DNA from: an uncultured archaeon
Lineage (GTDB): Archaea; Asgardarchaeota; Thorarchaeia; Thorarchaeales; Thorarchaeaceae
Length of the DNA stretch: 33,104 nucleotides
Assembly: GCA_964473825.1 (NCBI GenBank)
Contig: CAYYQL010000029.1
Span: forward strand, 1 to 33,104
Direction of reading: 5' to 3'
In this document: one piece after another, positions 16,063 to 26,299 of the stretch
Layout: each line of letters opens with the position of its first letter
Position numbering within the stretch: position 1 is the first letter of the stretch
Made by a program: the position numbers and the translations under genes
Notes under the pieces: generated by a model
Databases searched by the model: none
What the model was told of the DNA's origin: nothing
What the model saw: only the letters and a program-made list of their open reading frames with translations

Positions 16063-18701
16063 TCCTCTGAGGCCCTCTCCCTGGCCGCTTTCTCTATCTC
16101 CTCAAGAGGACGCTCAATCCTTGCTATTTGCCCCTCTATCTCCTCTCCCAGGTCGGTCTTACCTGCCACGGCCGCAATCCGCTGCACCGCTTTGAGATTA
16201 TGAATGACAGAATCCAGCCACGAATAGATATCTCCAGGATATGCCCACAGCTGGAACTTCTTCAACATCTCTTGGGACAGACCCGAGGGATTCAGACCCT
16301 CCTTTCTTCTCTTTATGAGCCATTTTCCAAGCTCGATCTTTCCGTGGTCACACTCAGGGAAGAGCTTACAACCGCAATTGAAGAATGCGTCAGTCCACTT
16401 CGAAAAGAGCTCGAAAACCCACTGAGGGAGCCGTGCAGCCCCTCCGGGTCTTTGGGATAAATCGCCCAAATCAAGAAACACGCCAGAAAAGAATCGAGTG
16501 GGCATGTGCGTCCTGAAAGCAGTGTTGATCTCACCTTGCAGGCGAGAGCTCAAGTACACGTTCTCGAAGGGTTCAAGTTTGACAGCAATGTCCAGTACAT
16601 CCATCTCAGTAGTGAGCTTCATAACCTCGAACCCCTCAGTGGGTGTCAAGAAGGACAGAGCCGTAGCTCGCCCCAGATCGGTCGGATACACACTGCCCCC
16701 CTTTACGCGGATCATTCGACGTTTCAGCAAGAACTTGAGTGCATCAGAGGGGGGTACCGAGGTTGAAAGCATCTTGAGGTAGACTCCTGCAACATCCTTA
16801 AGATTGACAAGGCCGGTGCCGCAGATTGTTGCGAGTATTTGTTCTGCTGAATGCTCTGTGTCTGCAAACGGCTCAACATCTTCGATGACACCATTCAGGA
16901 TATCTACCGCAATCTGATCTTCTGTTCGGTCCTGACCAGAGTGATATTTCCTGTCGGGCTCAACGAGGAGATAGACTCTGCCTCTGTCGTGCTTACCTAG
17001 TCTGCCTGCACGGCCCAGCATCTGTTCAAATTCTGCTGTCGAGAGCCAGTTCGCACCCATTGCGAGAGTCTCGAATACCACCTGCGATGCGGGCAGATCA
17101 ACCCCTGCTCCCAGCGCCGCGGTTGTCACGACACAGGCATACTTCTGTTTTGCATAACGCGATTCAACACTCCGACGTTGGTTGTATGATAATCCACCAT
17201 GGTATACAGTGGCCCATACCCCATGCTCTCGAAGCCAATCCGTTAGAGCGTGCGCTCTACGTCGAGAGTAGGTAAAAACAATTGATTGACCCTTGTTGCC
17301 GCTGCTACTCACATGGTGAAACGCGTTCAACACCAATCGTCGAATGAGATGTTTCTTCTCTTCCTCATTTCTAGCGAACACCAGATGACGCTCAAGTGGT
17401 ATCGGTCTTCCTGTGTAGTTCACGAGATCCATGTCGAGCTCTTCTGCGAGTTTGTCGGGAGAACCGACTGTTGCGGACAGGGCAATGACTTGGGCGTCAG
17501 GAGCATGAAACCTCATTCTGGATATTATCCCATCCAATTCAGGACCCCTTTCTGGTTCTGCGAGATTCTGTATCTCGTCAATGATTATCGTTCCTACTTC
17601 GCCGAGTTCTTCAGTACTGCCCGAGCGGAAGATGAGGTCGAGGGCCTCATAGGTTGCACAGACGAGATCTGCCCTTCTCAAATCAGTATCAACGATCGGA
17701 CGACCCTCTTTCCCCACATCCAAACGAGACATGCCTACTTTGATGCCGGTTCTTAGGCCAATCTCTCTGTATCTTCTTCGAAACTGCTCATACTTCTCAT
17801 TTGTCAGCGCGACCAGAGGAGACATGTATACCATCTTCTTTCCCTCTATCGCCTTTGGAACTCCAGCAATCTCGCCCAAGAGTGTCTTGCCGGAAGATGT
17901 GGAAGACACTATCAGAAGGTCTTTACCTTCAAGAAGCCCTGCTTTCACAGCCAGCTCTTGGACGGGAAGGAGGCCCTTCAAACCAGCCTTGCCAAGCAGA
18001 TGCTTAAGTTTGTCCGGAATGGCAAGATCATCGACATCCATAGTCGACTTGATGTCGCCGGCCTCGATGACATCGAAAAGGGTGAGATCGGGCTCGGTGG
18101 TGGGATCGAAACCAGGAGTCAACATCTCTATCAGTCGGGGCACAGATTTCACCTTGGAAACCTGGTGTTCTAATTGACGTATCATTCCCGGGGACATCTT
18201 TATCCCAAGAGACTTGAGCTCCGTCTTTAGGTCGGCCTGAGCACACGTTGAACACAAGACTTGGTTCTTCGACACCTTTACTGCATTCCTGCGAGTCAGT
18301 ACGGTAAGTCTATCTGCTCTGAGGCAGTTCATACAGAACGGAACAACTCGAGGACTGGGAGCCTGTATCCTCTCCAAGAATCTATCAAGGTCATCTACGA
18401 AGGGAGGTTTCTCCTGTCGAGGAATCAAGATGTGCTTCGAGTTCCTCAGCATATCATGGAACTCCTTCGGTTGATAGTAAACAGGCTTGTTGTACTTCAC
18501 AAACCAGGAACGGCGGATTTCGAGAAGTCCGTCCTGACGGTGGCCCCATTCGACCATTCCCGATAGCTTCGACCTCTGCCGGTCGCGCAAGACGTCAGAG
18601 AACACTTCTATACGAGTCGCCATCTCTTGGCGAGTCTGCCTTATCACCAGTGAGTATGGTTTGGCAAGTATTCTCTTGACATCTGCGTCAGCGACTTCCA
18701 A
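16059..18701 (-). CDS. Archaeal SF2 DEAD/DEAH-box helicase (COG1202 type, C-terminal DUF5814-like domain)
   Basis: LLPVQ Q-motif, S.TSSGKTL, DEIQ, LSAT, RPIPLERH, YHGGL, LGAGVDLPASQV, QMLGRAGR and C-terminal C.C...P.C.HG motifs. Confidence 0.93.
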   Translation of the reverse strand: MEVADADVKRILAKPYSLVIRQTRQEMATRIEVFSDVLRDRQRSKLSGMVEWGHRQDGLLEIRRSWFVKYNKPVYYQPKEFHDMLRNSKHILIPRQEKPPFVDDLDRFLERIQAPSPRVVPFCMNCLRADRLTVLTRRNAVKVSKNQVLCSTCAQADLKTELKSLGIKMSPGMIRQLEHQVSKVKSVPRLIEMLTPGFDPTTEPDLTLFDVIEAGDIKSTMDVDDLAIPDKLKHLLGKAGLKGLLPVQELAVKAGLLEGKDLLIVSSTSSGKTLLGEIAGVPKAIEGKKMVYMSPLVALTNEKYEQFRRRYREIGLRTGIKVGMSRLDVGKEGRPIVDTDLRRADLVCATYEALDLIFRSGSTEELGEVGTIIIDEIQNLAEPERGPELDGIISRMRFHAPDAQVIALSATVGSPDKLAEELDMDLVNYTGRPIPLERHLVFARNEEEKKHLIRRLVLNAFHHVSSSGNKGQSIVFTYSRRRAHALTDWLREHGVWATVYHGGLSYNQRRSVESRYAKQKYACVVTTAALGAGVDLPASQVVFETLAMGANWLSTAEFEQMLGRAGRLGKHDRGRVYLLVEPDRKYHSGQDRTEDQIAVDILNGVIEDVEPFADTEHSAEQILATICGTGLVNLKDVAGVYLKMLSTSVPPSDALKFLLKRRMIRVKGGSVYPTDLGRATALSFLTPTEGFEVMKLTTEMDVLDIAVKLEPFENVYLSSRLQGEINTAFRTHMPTRFFSGVFLDLGDLSQRPGGAARLPQWVFELFSKWTDAFFNCGCKLFPECDHGKIELGKWLIKRRKEGLNPSGLSQEMLKKFQLWAYPGDIYSWLDSVIHNLKAVQRIAAVAGKTDLGEEIEGQIARIERPLEEIEKAARERASED

Positions 18702-18756
18702 TACTCAGTCCTCAGATGCTCTCCAACAACAAGTGGCAAAGACTCTTGTGGTATCA

Positions 18757-19539
18757 TCAGAGTGGATAGATGAACGAATCCTCATTGTTCATCACATCTT
18801 CAAGAGTGAGGTCGTATTCATTCCTCATTGCTTCGATGCCTGACTGAGATTCCATCCCGGCCTTCTCCACAATCATCCAATCCGACATGACTTCGATGTC
18901 CGCGAAGCTCGTGAACTTGTCGAAAGGCAGCGCAAATACCTTCATCCTCTCTGCATTCATAAAGCCGTGGCTGTTGTAGTGTTGCACGAAGGGTTTGTAG
19001 AGTGGGCCATTTGTTCCCGCAAGAATGAACTTCGCACGCTGCTGTCCCGATATGTGATTGACCCTGATTTTCTTTAGAAGGTCGATGCCATGAGCAACCG
19101 TAGGAAGGCCGCCTCGCTGCTGGATTCTTATTTCGAGTTCGCCGCTGAGTACGTTGCCCTTCTCGACATAGAACTCTCGGACCATGGTCACGATGTCCTC
19201 GGAGTTTCTGATGGCTAGAGGATCGATGACCTCGGGGTTTATCACATCAACAAGCGGAACAGGCTCCTCCATTCGGAGAACAGTCGGGTCAAACATTAAT
19301 GCACCCATGAATTCAAGTATTTCGACACGTCTGTTTCCACTTTCGGCAACCCCCTTGAATACGCCCGGACCGATTAGTACAGATACGACTTTGTCCTCTC
19401 TAATCAGAGACCATAGCTGTGAGGAGAGAATGAGAGCCTTACCTGTCAAGTCTGTGTCCTTGAGAACGCCTATATCAAAATCATAGGTTTCAACATCCAA
19501 CAACCAATAAAGGGGGCTGCTCCGCATCAACATACTCAC
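18757..19539 (-). CDS. Hypothetical protein
   Basis: 260-aa ORF overlapping the upstream stop by 4 nt (GTGA); no recognised family. Confidence 0.75.
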   Translation of the reverse strand: MSMLMRSSPLYWLLDVETYDFDIGVLKDTDLTGKALILSSQLWSLIREDKVVSVLIGPGVFKGVAESGNRRVEILEFMGALMFDPTVLRMEEPVPLVDVINPEVIDPLAIRNSEDIVTMVREFYVEKGNVLSGELEIRIQQRGGLPTVAHGIDLLKKIRVNHISGQQRAKFILAGTNGPLYKPFVQHYNSHGFMNAERMKVFALPFDKFTSFADIEVMSDWMIVEKAGMESQSGIEAMRNEYDLTLEDVMNNEDSFIYPL

Positions 19540-20711
19540 CTGTCATAGCAGTGTTCTTTGATGAACTCATGGATGAACTCTGCTGCGCTGCTCTCTCGAT
19601 TCTCCAATGGAACAACTGAAACATTCTCTTCAAACGCATCAACCAGACGTTCAAAGTCAACATTCTCAATTTTAAAGCGTTCAGCTATCTCGTGAAGACT
19701 GTTTTGAACAATCTTGTCAATCTCATGGTTCTTGTATCTCAACACTCTGATTACTCGAGCTATCTTCTCACGTAAGAACAGGTCCTGCTCGCGCTCATGA
19801 CGCCTGGCCGCCAAGTAGATGTCTCGCTCCAAGAAGTCAAACGGAGATTCCATGTCTGGCTCGGTCTTGTCGCCTCGAGAAGATTGGCCCGTAAACTGAA
19901 CATAGGGAGATTTGTCACCTCTTCCGGTGGGCCGAGGTGCTACATGTAGAATCAGATGAGAGAGGGGGCGCAGGCCCATCGTTTCAACATCTGAATCGAA
20001 AGCCCCCACTAAATCGTTCACTTGCTGGACATAAGAATCGATTGTGGCGGAGTCTTCAGCTTTAGATAGTCGCTGTATCAGCAGCCTGAAGAAGGCCTGC
20101 ATTCTTCGCTTCTTCCGGTTTATCTTCCCCTTCAGAGTACTTGGACCCCAATCTGTAATCGGCAGACAAAAGGCTATCATGGCATCAAACGTCGAAGCCT
20201 TCGGATGCTCGCGCATCCACGTTTCGAGAATCGGAAGGATATATGCCTCGGCCAGTTGTCTCCTACTGCGTAACACGGTGATAGCCGATTCTACCGTCAT
20301 CTTCTCATGGTTCAAGGCCTCTTCTAGATTTGCCAAGTCGCGGGTCTTTCGCTCCAAGTCACTAACAAATCGCCCCTCAATGTATTCAACCCATTGCCCT
20401 TCTTTGAGGGCAAACTCCATTATATTACCGGGGAGATTGGGGACATCCTCGCCCACACTTGCACGCCTCTGAAGCTCTCTAGATATCTTCTGAACAGCCT
20501 CTTTTCGCCCAAGAATGCCTTCCATATCAAGAACCTCTGCAATGATTGCGATTTGGAGAGGGCATGATAGCTCTGCCGCAAGATTGCGGGCTTGGTCGAT
20601 GTCGATTCTGTCAGATCGAACCTTCAGATCAGTATAGTTCTCTGCAAACTCGTGAGTCAACTGTTTCCTGCTGTTGACAGCCATCTCGTTGAGTTCAGAG
20701 TCACGTTGCAC
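19536..20711 (-). CDS. Hypothetical alpha-helical protein
   Basis: 391-aa ORF with helical composition and a polar motif-rich segment (PRPTGRGDKSPY...RGDKTEPDM.SPFDFLERDI). Confidence 0.8.
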   Translation of the reverse strand: MQRDSELNEMAVNSRKQLTHEFAENYTDLKVRSDRIDIDQARNLAAELSCPLQIAIIAEVLDMEGILGRKEAVQKISRELQRRASVGEDVPNLPGNIMEFALKEGQWVEYIEGRFVSDLERKTRDLANLEEALNHEKMTVESAITVLRSRRQLAEAYILPILETWMREHPKASTFDAMIAFCLPITDWGPSTLKGKINRKKRRMQAFFRLLIQRLSKAEDSATIDSYVQQVNDLVGAFDSDVETMGLRPLSHLILHVAPRPTGRGDKSPYVQFTGQSSRGDKTEPDMESPFDFLERDIYLAARRHEREQDLFLREKIARVIRVLRYKNHEIDKIVQNSLHEIAERFKIENVDFERLVDAFEENVSVVPLENRESSAAEFIHEFIKEHCYDR

Positions 20712-20874
20712 AGTGGGTTCCTCTCGCGTTTATGGAGTATATGGGGCGGTCTGGTCCATGAATCGATAGAGTGTGTTCTAGATATGAATGATATTCGTAT
20801 AGGCCCATTCCACTGTCTGTGCTAGAGAACAGACTTCCTGAGTGAACTCGTCTAGAGAAAGACTTGGTCAAGAA

Positions 20875-21087
20875 CTAGATTCCGAAAGATAGTAGCAGGA
20901 AATGAATGCCGAAGCCCAGGAGAAACGCACCAAGAAAGAGAGACAGAGCGATTCTCGGTATGGAGTAGTGACGACTGTGCTCCACATGTACGACCAACCA
21001 TCCAAACGCCATGAGTGCCAGTACAATGAATACTACTGAAAGAGGGAGGAATAATGATTCGAAGTATATCTGGAGCATCGGTTTCAT
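20875..21087 (-). CDS. Small two-TM membrane protein
   Basis: 70 aa, two hydrophobic helices linked by VHVEHSRHYS. Confidence 0.7.
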   Translation of the reverse strand: MKPMLQIYFESLFLPLSVVFIVLALMAFGWLVVHVEHSRHYSIPRIALSLFLGAFLLGFGIHFLLLSFGI

Positions 21088-21155
21088 CTCTTTGCTATCT
21101 TCGAAAGATTCGCTCTTGCAGGGAATTTAAAGGTCACGGTCATCCAACGGATGTT

Positions 21156-21920
21156 TCAGACGAAAAATGAGTACTCCTTCTGGTACTCGTTTCCATCAAC
21201 ATCCAGTCGTCGAACGAGTCTACCCTTCTTCTTTGCTCTCTTGCGTAGTTCAGTAAATGACATACCCTTTTCCTTTGGAATCTCTATGTCTTCGATGACG
21301 ACATCTTGATGGAGATAGAGGTTCTTGACATCTTCAGTGATGAGTTCTTTGAAATCAGGGAGAATTTCGGACACAACGATCTCCATGGTCTGGTCATTTC
21401 GATCCATTGCTCCCTTGACAAAGCTAGGATTCTTCTCGTCTTCCTCATCGTCTGAAGTGCGCCCTTTCGGAAAGGACTTCTTTGTTGTCAGCTTCCAGGG
21501 TTTGCCGCCAGATTTTGGACTCATGCTGAGCAAGAAGAATGTTGTGGGGCTTCTGATCTCTATGAGCTCGCGCAGATGCTCACCAGGGATACTACCCTTT
21601 GCATCAGCAGTGTAGGTTGTCGCACGTTTACCGCCAGATTTCTTCCACGTCAGAGGCATCTGGATTTGCGCGTACTCATCCCGACGGTCTTCGTAGGTCA
21701 CAACCTTTCCCGAGACCTTATGATTACCCTGCGGTGTGCCTGTGAGATAGCCTCGGAAAAATATCTCTTCAAACCCCAAATCAGCGTAGAAGGATATCCT
21801 GTTTGAGGTGAGCCTGAGTTTGACTCTAGGGCCAGGGTGTGTTCCTATTCCGTACTTCAGAAGTCTTGCATGGCAGAATTCGTCAGCCTTGTCTTCGATG
21901 ATTTTGTGAATCCAGTTCAT
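21156..21920 (-). CDS. Hypothetical basic protein
   Basis: 254-aa ORF. The N-terminal MNWI.KI.E...DE..H and C-terminal AK.KG.L.R...VDG patterns recall an uncharacterised archaeal family. Confidence 0.75.
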   Translation of the reverse strand: MNWIHKIIEDKADEFCHARLLKYGIGTHPGPRVKLRLTSNRISFYADLGFEEIFFRGYLTGTPQGNHKVSGKVVTYEDRRDEYAQIQMPLTWKKSGGKRATTYTADAKGSIPGEHLRELIEIRSPTTFFLLSMSPKSGGKPWKLTTKKSFPKGRTSDDEEDEKNPSFVKGAMDRNDQTMEIVVSEILPDFKELITEDVKNLYLHQDVVIEDIEIPKEKGMSFTELRKRAKKKGRLVRRLDVDGNEYQKEYSFFV

Positions 21921-22099
21921 GAGTGCATGCCTCTTTTAGTGCCGCCTTCTGCGGAGGATTTAAGCTCTTCGGGAATGGCGAGCCATCGGAGTTGATGATG
22001 GAGTAATGATGGAATTTGCTCACTCGACAGTGTGTGCGGTGCCCATACTTGTTGCTCGTTTCTCCGGATTGTGTGGATGGGCTGGCGTGAATCTACAAC

Positions 22100-23008
22100 T
22101 CAAGGAAGGTTAGTTTCATCCTCAGATGGGGTCTCACTTTTTTCCAGCTCGTAGGAACGCTTCCTCTTCGATGATTGTCTTTCGGCTTCGTAGACAATGA
22201 CGAAGCCTGCTAAAGCTGGTAAAATCAGAAGCAGAATCTCGGTACCACTCTGAGCCATTACAATCAGGGGCAGACGAAGGGCTCCTATCATGAGGCCAAT
22301 CAAGAACGCAAGTGTCTGTCCTCTATAACTGGCTAGCAGTTTCTTCAGTAGGTGTGAGAAACTGATGACACCTATGAGACCTCCAATTCCGAAGACTACA
22401 AGGTCGAACAACACTATGTCCTTGATTATAGTGATGATGAACTCATACTGCCCAAGCAACAGCAGGATGAAGGCACCTGAAATCCCTGGAAGTATGAGCG
22501 CGATGATTGATAGTGCACCTGAGAGGAACGTCATGAGAGGGCTGTGGACCACAACATTGGCGGTTTCGCCCGATAAGACAAAAGCGATAACAAAACCGAC
22601 TGCAGCAAACACCAGATTGCCAATCGAGAATCTCTCTTCAGATCGGTAGATGAAGACCGCAGACGCTAGGATCAGACCAAAGAAGAACGCATATGTTGGT
22701 CCCGGGACGATGTCTAGTACGTATGCTATCACATTAGCGAGCATGAACATAGCGGCTACATTACCAAGACCAAGAGGCATAAGGAAGGAAAAGTCAATAC
22801 TCCTGAGCGACAATCGGATACTACTGATTTTTCGAATGAGCTTCGGATAGATCCCAGTAATTAGCGCGATGGATCCACCAGAAACACCTGGAACGATGTT
22901 CCCCAAGCCCATTGCCAGCCCTTTCAGAAACACCAAAAAAGCTTCTCTTGCGGTAGTCGGTTCTTCGATTTCATCTGCCCTTTGAGGTTCTTCTTCCTGG
23001 CCGTTCAT
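22100..23008 (-). CDS. DUF368 family polyprenyl-phosphate translocase
   Basis: KG.AMG..N.VPGVSGGSIA.ITGIY and A.ILPGISG.FILLLLGQY signature repeats. Start moved to ATG 23008. Confidence 0.92.
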   Translation of the reverse strand: MNGQEEEPQRADEIEEPTTAREAFLVFLKGLAMGLGNIVPGVSGGSIALITGIYPKLIRKISSIRLSLRSIDFSFLMPLGLGNVAAMFMLANVIAYVLDIVPGPTYAFFFGLILASAVFIYRSEERFSIGNLVFAAVGFVIAFVLSGETANVVVHSPLMTFLSGALSIIALILPGISGAFILLLLGQYEFIITIIKDIVLFDLVVFGIGGLIGVISFSHLLKKLLASYRGQTLAFLIGLMIGALRLPLIVMAQSGTEILLLILPALAGFVIVYEAERQSSKRKRSYELEKSETPSEDETNLP

Positions 23009-23199
23009 GCGAAGCCCGCAGGTTCTCTGCAATATGAACGTTACCGTTCGTTGTGAAACATCAAGACGTGGATACAAGTCGGGCTTGCACTTCAAGAGAA
23101 CACTATTGTTACGCGAAATTTATGGAATCGGAACAATGCTCAAGAATCCCAACAACTAGAGAAAGCCTCTCTCACAGACCGCTGTTCGGAACAGCATGG

Positions 23200-24963
23200 C
23201 TAGAGTACCACCAGACCCAAGAATGCCCAGATATAGACAACCAGTAAGGTGACGACCAGAATAGCAATCAGATCTACGACCAAGCCCGTCGAAACCATCT
23301 CCCGCAGCTCCACTTTCCCAGTGCTATATGCTATAGTGGATGGAGGAGTTCCCGTAGGTAGAGCGAAGTCCATAGACACGGCGATGGCAATCACCATGGT
23401 TATGAGGATAGGGTCGATGCCAAGTTCTGTCGCCAAGGGAATTGCAATCGGAATCAGAATAACTGCTGCACCTGTATTCGATGCGACCATTGTCACGAGA
23501 ACTGCAACAACTCCAATGATCACAATGACTGCTATTCCCGGCAGTGTTCCAAGTCCTCCTAATTGGTGAGCAATATATGTTGACAGACCGGTGTCGATTA
23601 TCGCACCTCCTAGAACGATACCACTGCCCAATATTAGCAATGATGACCAACTGATCTCCGAGGACACATCCTTCTCATCAAGCAATCGAAGGATAAGAAG
23701 TGCAAGACCTCCCAAGAGGGCGACAATTGAGCTAGAAATACCATGTCCACTCCACCCGATAAGACCGGCAACAACATCAGGAACTCGTTCAGTCAACCAC
23801 AAGGCAACGACACCGGCAAATATCAACACAACCAGCTTCTGATCCATGGACATTGACCCAAGCTTAAGATACTCGTTCTCCGAAACTTCCTTCAAATCTC
23901 GAATCTCTTCGATGTCCTTGGGCAAGTCAAATCGAAACATCAACCATTGCCAGATGATAGGAATCATGATGAATACCACTGGCAGTCCGTAGGGAATCCA
24001 GCTGATGAAAGAAAGATCTCTTCCCAAGAAGGACTTGACATAGGTAGCTGCCAGGGGGTTTGGCGGAGAGCCAACCAGAGTGGCAACTCCACCCACTGTT
24101 GCCGCGTAAGCAACCCCGAGAACCAAGACTTTTCCATATTTGCTACGGACCTCCTCACTCTGTATCCTGGAAATGACAGCGAGGGCAATAGGAATCATGA
24201 TTGCAGCGGAGGCAGTATTAGATATCCACATTGAAAGAAAAGCACTAACAGCCATAACTGTCAATATGAGGCTTGACCCAGAACTGGCGCTTCTTGAAAG
24301 AATCATCAGCGCCAACCGCTTGTCTAAGTCGTACTTGCTTAGAGCACGCCCGATGAGGAATCCACCGAATATGAGAGCAACAGCAGGGTCGAAGAATGGT
24401 GCAAGTGCGGCTTGTGGGCTCTGGATGTTCGTCAATACTATCAACACAGGAATCAGAACGGAGGTTGCTACGAGACTGATTCCCTCCGTGAACCAAAGAA
24501 TTCCCACCACTCCAAGGATTACTGTAGCATTCTGAGAGTTAACGAGGGGTTGATACTCGACATAGAAGTCTTGGCCGTCCTGTCGAGTGGGTCGAAGGGT
24601 CAGGTTAAGCACGCCTGTCTTGTACAGTTGAATGATTATTTGTTCTGCACGAAGGCTACTCCCTGAAGCCTCGATAATGAAAACCATCTGAGTGCTTGTG
24701 GCTAACGGCACTTCGTTAGTGAGGGTGACCACAACATCTGTTGATGAACCGTTGAACGTGAGAGTAGATTCAATCTTCTCTCCAGTTTCTTTGAATGAAA
24801 TGTCGAAGGTCTCTGAGAGCTCAAGACCAGGCGAGTCGATGATGAGTTCAGCCTGATAGACGCCGGGCTCAAGCGGCGCAGGTGCGATGCTGTGGAGCAC
24901 GAACCCTGCGATAACTGAGATGATAATGACAACCACAGTCTTCTTTGAGACCTCTTGCGGCAA
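23200..24963 (-). CDS. SLC13/DASS family anion (carboxylate/sulfate):cation symporter with inserted soluble domain
   Basis: LSMWISNTA, IPIA, GG.ATLVGSPPN, ASNT and FALP.GTPP..IAY motifs. The likely start is TTG 24963, after a GGAAGGAAG purine tract. Confidence 0.9.
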   Translation of the reverse strand: MPQEVSKKTVVVIIISVIAGFVLHSIAPAPLEPGVYQAELIIDSPGLELSETFDISFKETGEKIESTLTFNGSSTDVVVTLTNEVPLATSTQMVFIIEASGSSLRAEQIIIQLYKTGVLNLTLRPTRQDGQDFYVEYQPLVNSQNATVILGVVGILWFTEGISLVATSVLIPVLIVLTNIQSPQAALAPFFDPAVALIFGGFLIGRALSKYDLDKRLALMILSRSASSGSSLILTVMAVSAFLSMWISNTASAAIMIPIALAVISRIQSEEVRSKYGKVLVLGVAYAATVGGVATLVGSPPNPLAATYVKSFLGRDLSFISWIPYGLPVVFIMIPIIWQWLMFRFDLPKDIEEIRDLKEVSENEYLKLGSMSMDQKLVVLIFAGVVALWLTERVPDVVAGLIGWSGHGISSSIVALLGGLALLILRLLDEKDVSSEISWSSLLILGSGIVLGGAIIDTGLSTYIAHQLGGLGTLPGIAVIVIIGVVAVLVTMVASNTGAAVILIPIAIPLATELGIDPILITMVIAIAVSMDFALPTGTPPSTIAYSTGKVELREMVSTGLVVDLIAILVVTLLVVYIWAFLGLVVL

Positions 24964-25046
24964 TTTCTCTACTTCCTTCCGAAATTCTGAGCAGAACGGA
25001 ACTGTTTCCACTAAAAAGCGAATCCCTACGGCAATCCGAATGCTGT

Positions 25047-25409
25047 TCAATCAATAGGCCGTGCATCGAGAATTGACTGGAACTTAGATGTTGGAAGTGT
25101 GTAGCCCTTCGTTCCGATGATGGTAAGGCTCTTCTCGATGAACGCGGCTGTCCTCTCTTCAAGAATGTCCACAAGCTCATCAAACTTCTCGACCGGACCT
25201 TCATATACAGTAAACCCGGTATACGGCGTTCCAAAAGCACCATATCCCTCAGTCACAATCCTTAATCCGGACGGAAGATGGCTACGGATAACAGCCCATT
25301 CCTTGAACCACGCGCGTTTCTCCTCATCCGATAGAGTGCGAAGTCTATACAGGACCAAGAATACAAAATCTGATCCTCCAACATCACGTGGTAGTCTACT
25401 GCTGGACAT
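25047..25409 (-). CDS. Hypothetical protein, possible ferredoxin-like (GYD/DUF3303-like) fold
   Basis: FLVLYRL...W...YGAFGTPYTGFTVYEG...F pattern of a dimeric alpha/beta barrel. Confidence 0.65.
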   Translation of the reverse strand: MSSSRLPRDVGGSDFVFLVLYRLRTLSDEEKRAWFKEWAVIRSHLPSGLRIVTEGYGAFGTPYTGFTVYEGPVEKFDELVDILEERTAAFIEKSLTIIGTKGYTLPTSKFQSILDARPID

Positions 25410-25616
25410 ACCTTGGTCTATCAGGACTCGGGCTTATAATGATAATGAAGAAGTTTCTCACTCATATTGTTTGATGATAGTGATGGACTTACAACTCTCA
25501 TGAGGAGAGCATAGGCTGATAGTTCCGTAACTGGGAACCATGAGGAATAGCAATTCGGCAAGACTATATAACAAAGCGTGGTGTTGTGATAGGTAACCCA
25601 TAAGGGGAGATAAGAT

Positions 25617-26234
25617 ATGGTTAGGCTCACAACATTCAGCAATATCCTGGCAGGCATAGGCCTGGCAATTCTCGGCGTCGCAGCTGTCTTCAAGTACGTG
25701 CTAGAAAGCGTGGGTGTCACGGAATCACAGATTCCGCTATACTCATGGCTCATAGCAGTGGGTCTGTTGGCAGTAGTAGTGGTCATGAGTGTGCTCATCA
25801 CGTTCACCGAGGTTGCCGGGTATGTCCACCCCGAAGACAAACTCGTCGGCAACATGTTCGTGTTCTTGATGACCATTGGAGCTATTCTCATGTTTGGTAT
25901 ACTGGACGAGGGTCAATCGTACCAGAACCAGCTCTTCGACATGGCATCAATGATGGTGATCGCATACGTGTTCCTGTTCATCTTCGTCTTCTTCATGAGG
26001 ACGATTACCGAAGGCGGCGAAGTGGGACAAGTCAAGGAGATGACAGCAAGATTCATGCTCGTCGCGCTCTTACTCGGGGGAATCATGGCGGGGATACTAT
26101 TCGTTCTGGAAGCAATTCAAACGGCATTCGCCTCGTACGAAATCGCAGCGGCCACACTGGGCATATTTGCAGTAGCGCTGGTGGTGGTTGTCGTCTTTGC
26201 CTTAGGACGAAGATACGAACCTGTCGGCGAGTAG
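25617..26234 (+). CDS. Hypothetical 6-TM membrane protein
   Basis: SD-like GGGGAG upstream, six hydrophobic helices, downstream terminator. Confidence 0.85.
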   Translation: MVRLTTFSNILAGIGLAILGVAAVFKYVLESVGVTESQIPLYSWLIAVGLLAVVVVMSVLITFTEVAGYVHPEDKLVGNMFVFLMTIGAILMFGILDEGQSYQNQLFDMASMMVIAYVFLFIFVFFMRTITEGGEVGQVKEMTARFMLVALLLGGIMAGILFVLEAIQTAFASYEIAAATLGIFAVALVVVVVFALGRRYEPVGE

Positions 26235-26263
26235 ACGCTTCAGGTCCAGTTCCGCAAAGGTTT

Positions 26264-26299
26264 CAGCTCCTCCAACAGGAGGAGTTGCTCCTTTTCTTT
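26264..26299 (+). terminator. Hairpin plus T-rich tract terminator
   Basis: CAGCTCCTCC-AACA-GGAGGAGTTG forms a 10-bp stem (one G:U pair), followed by CTCCTTTTCTTT. Confidence 0.65.
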
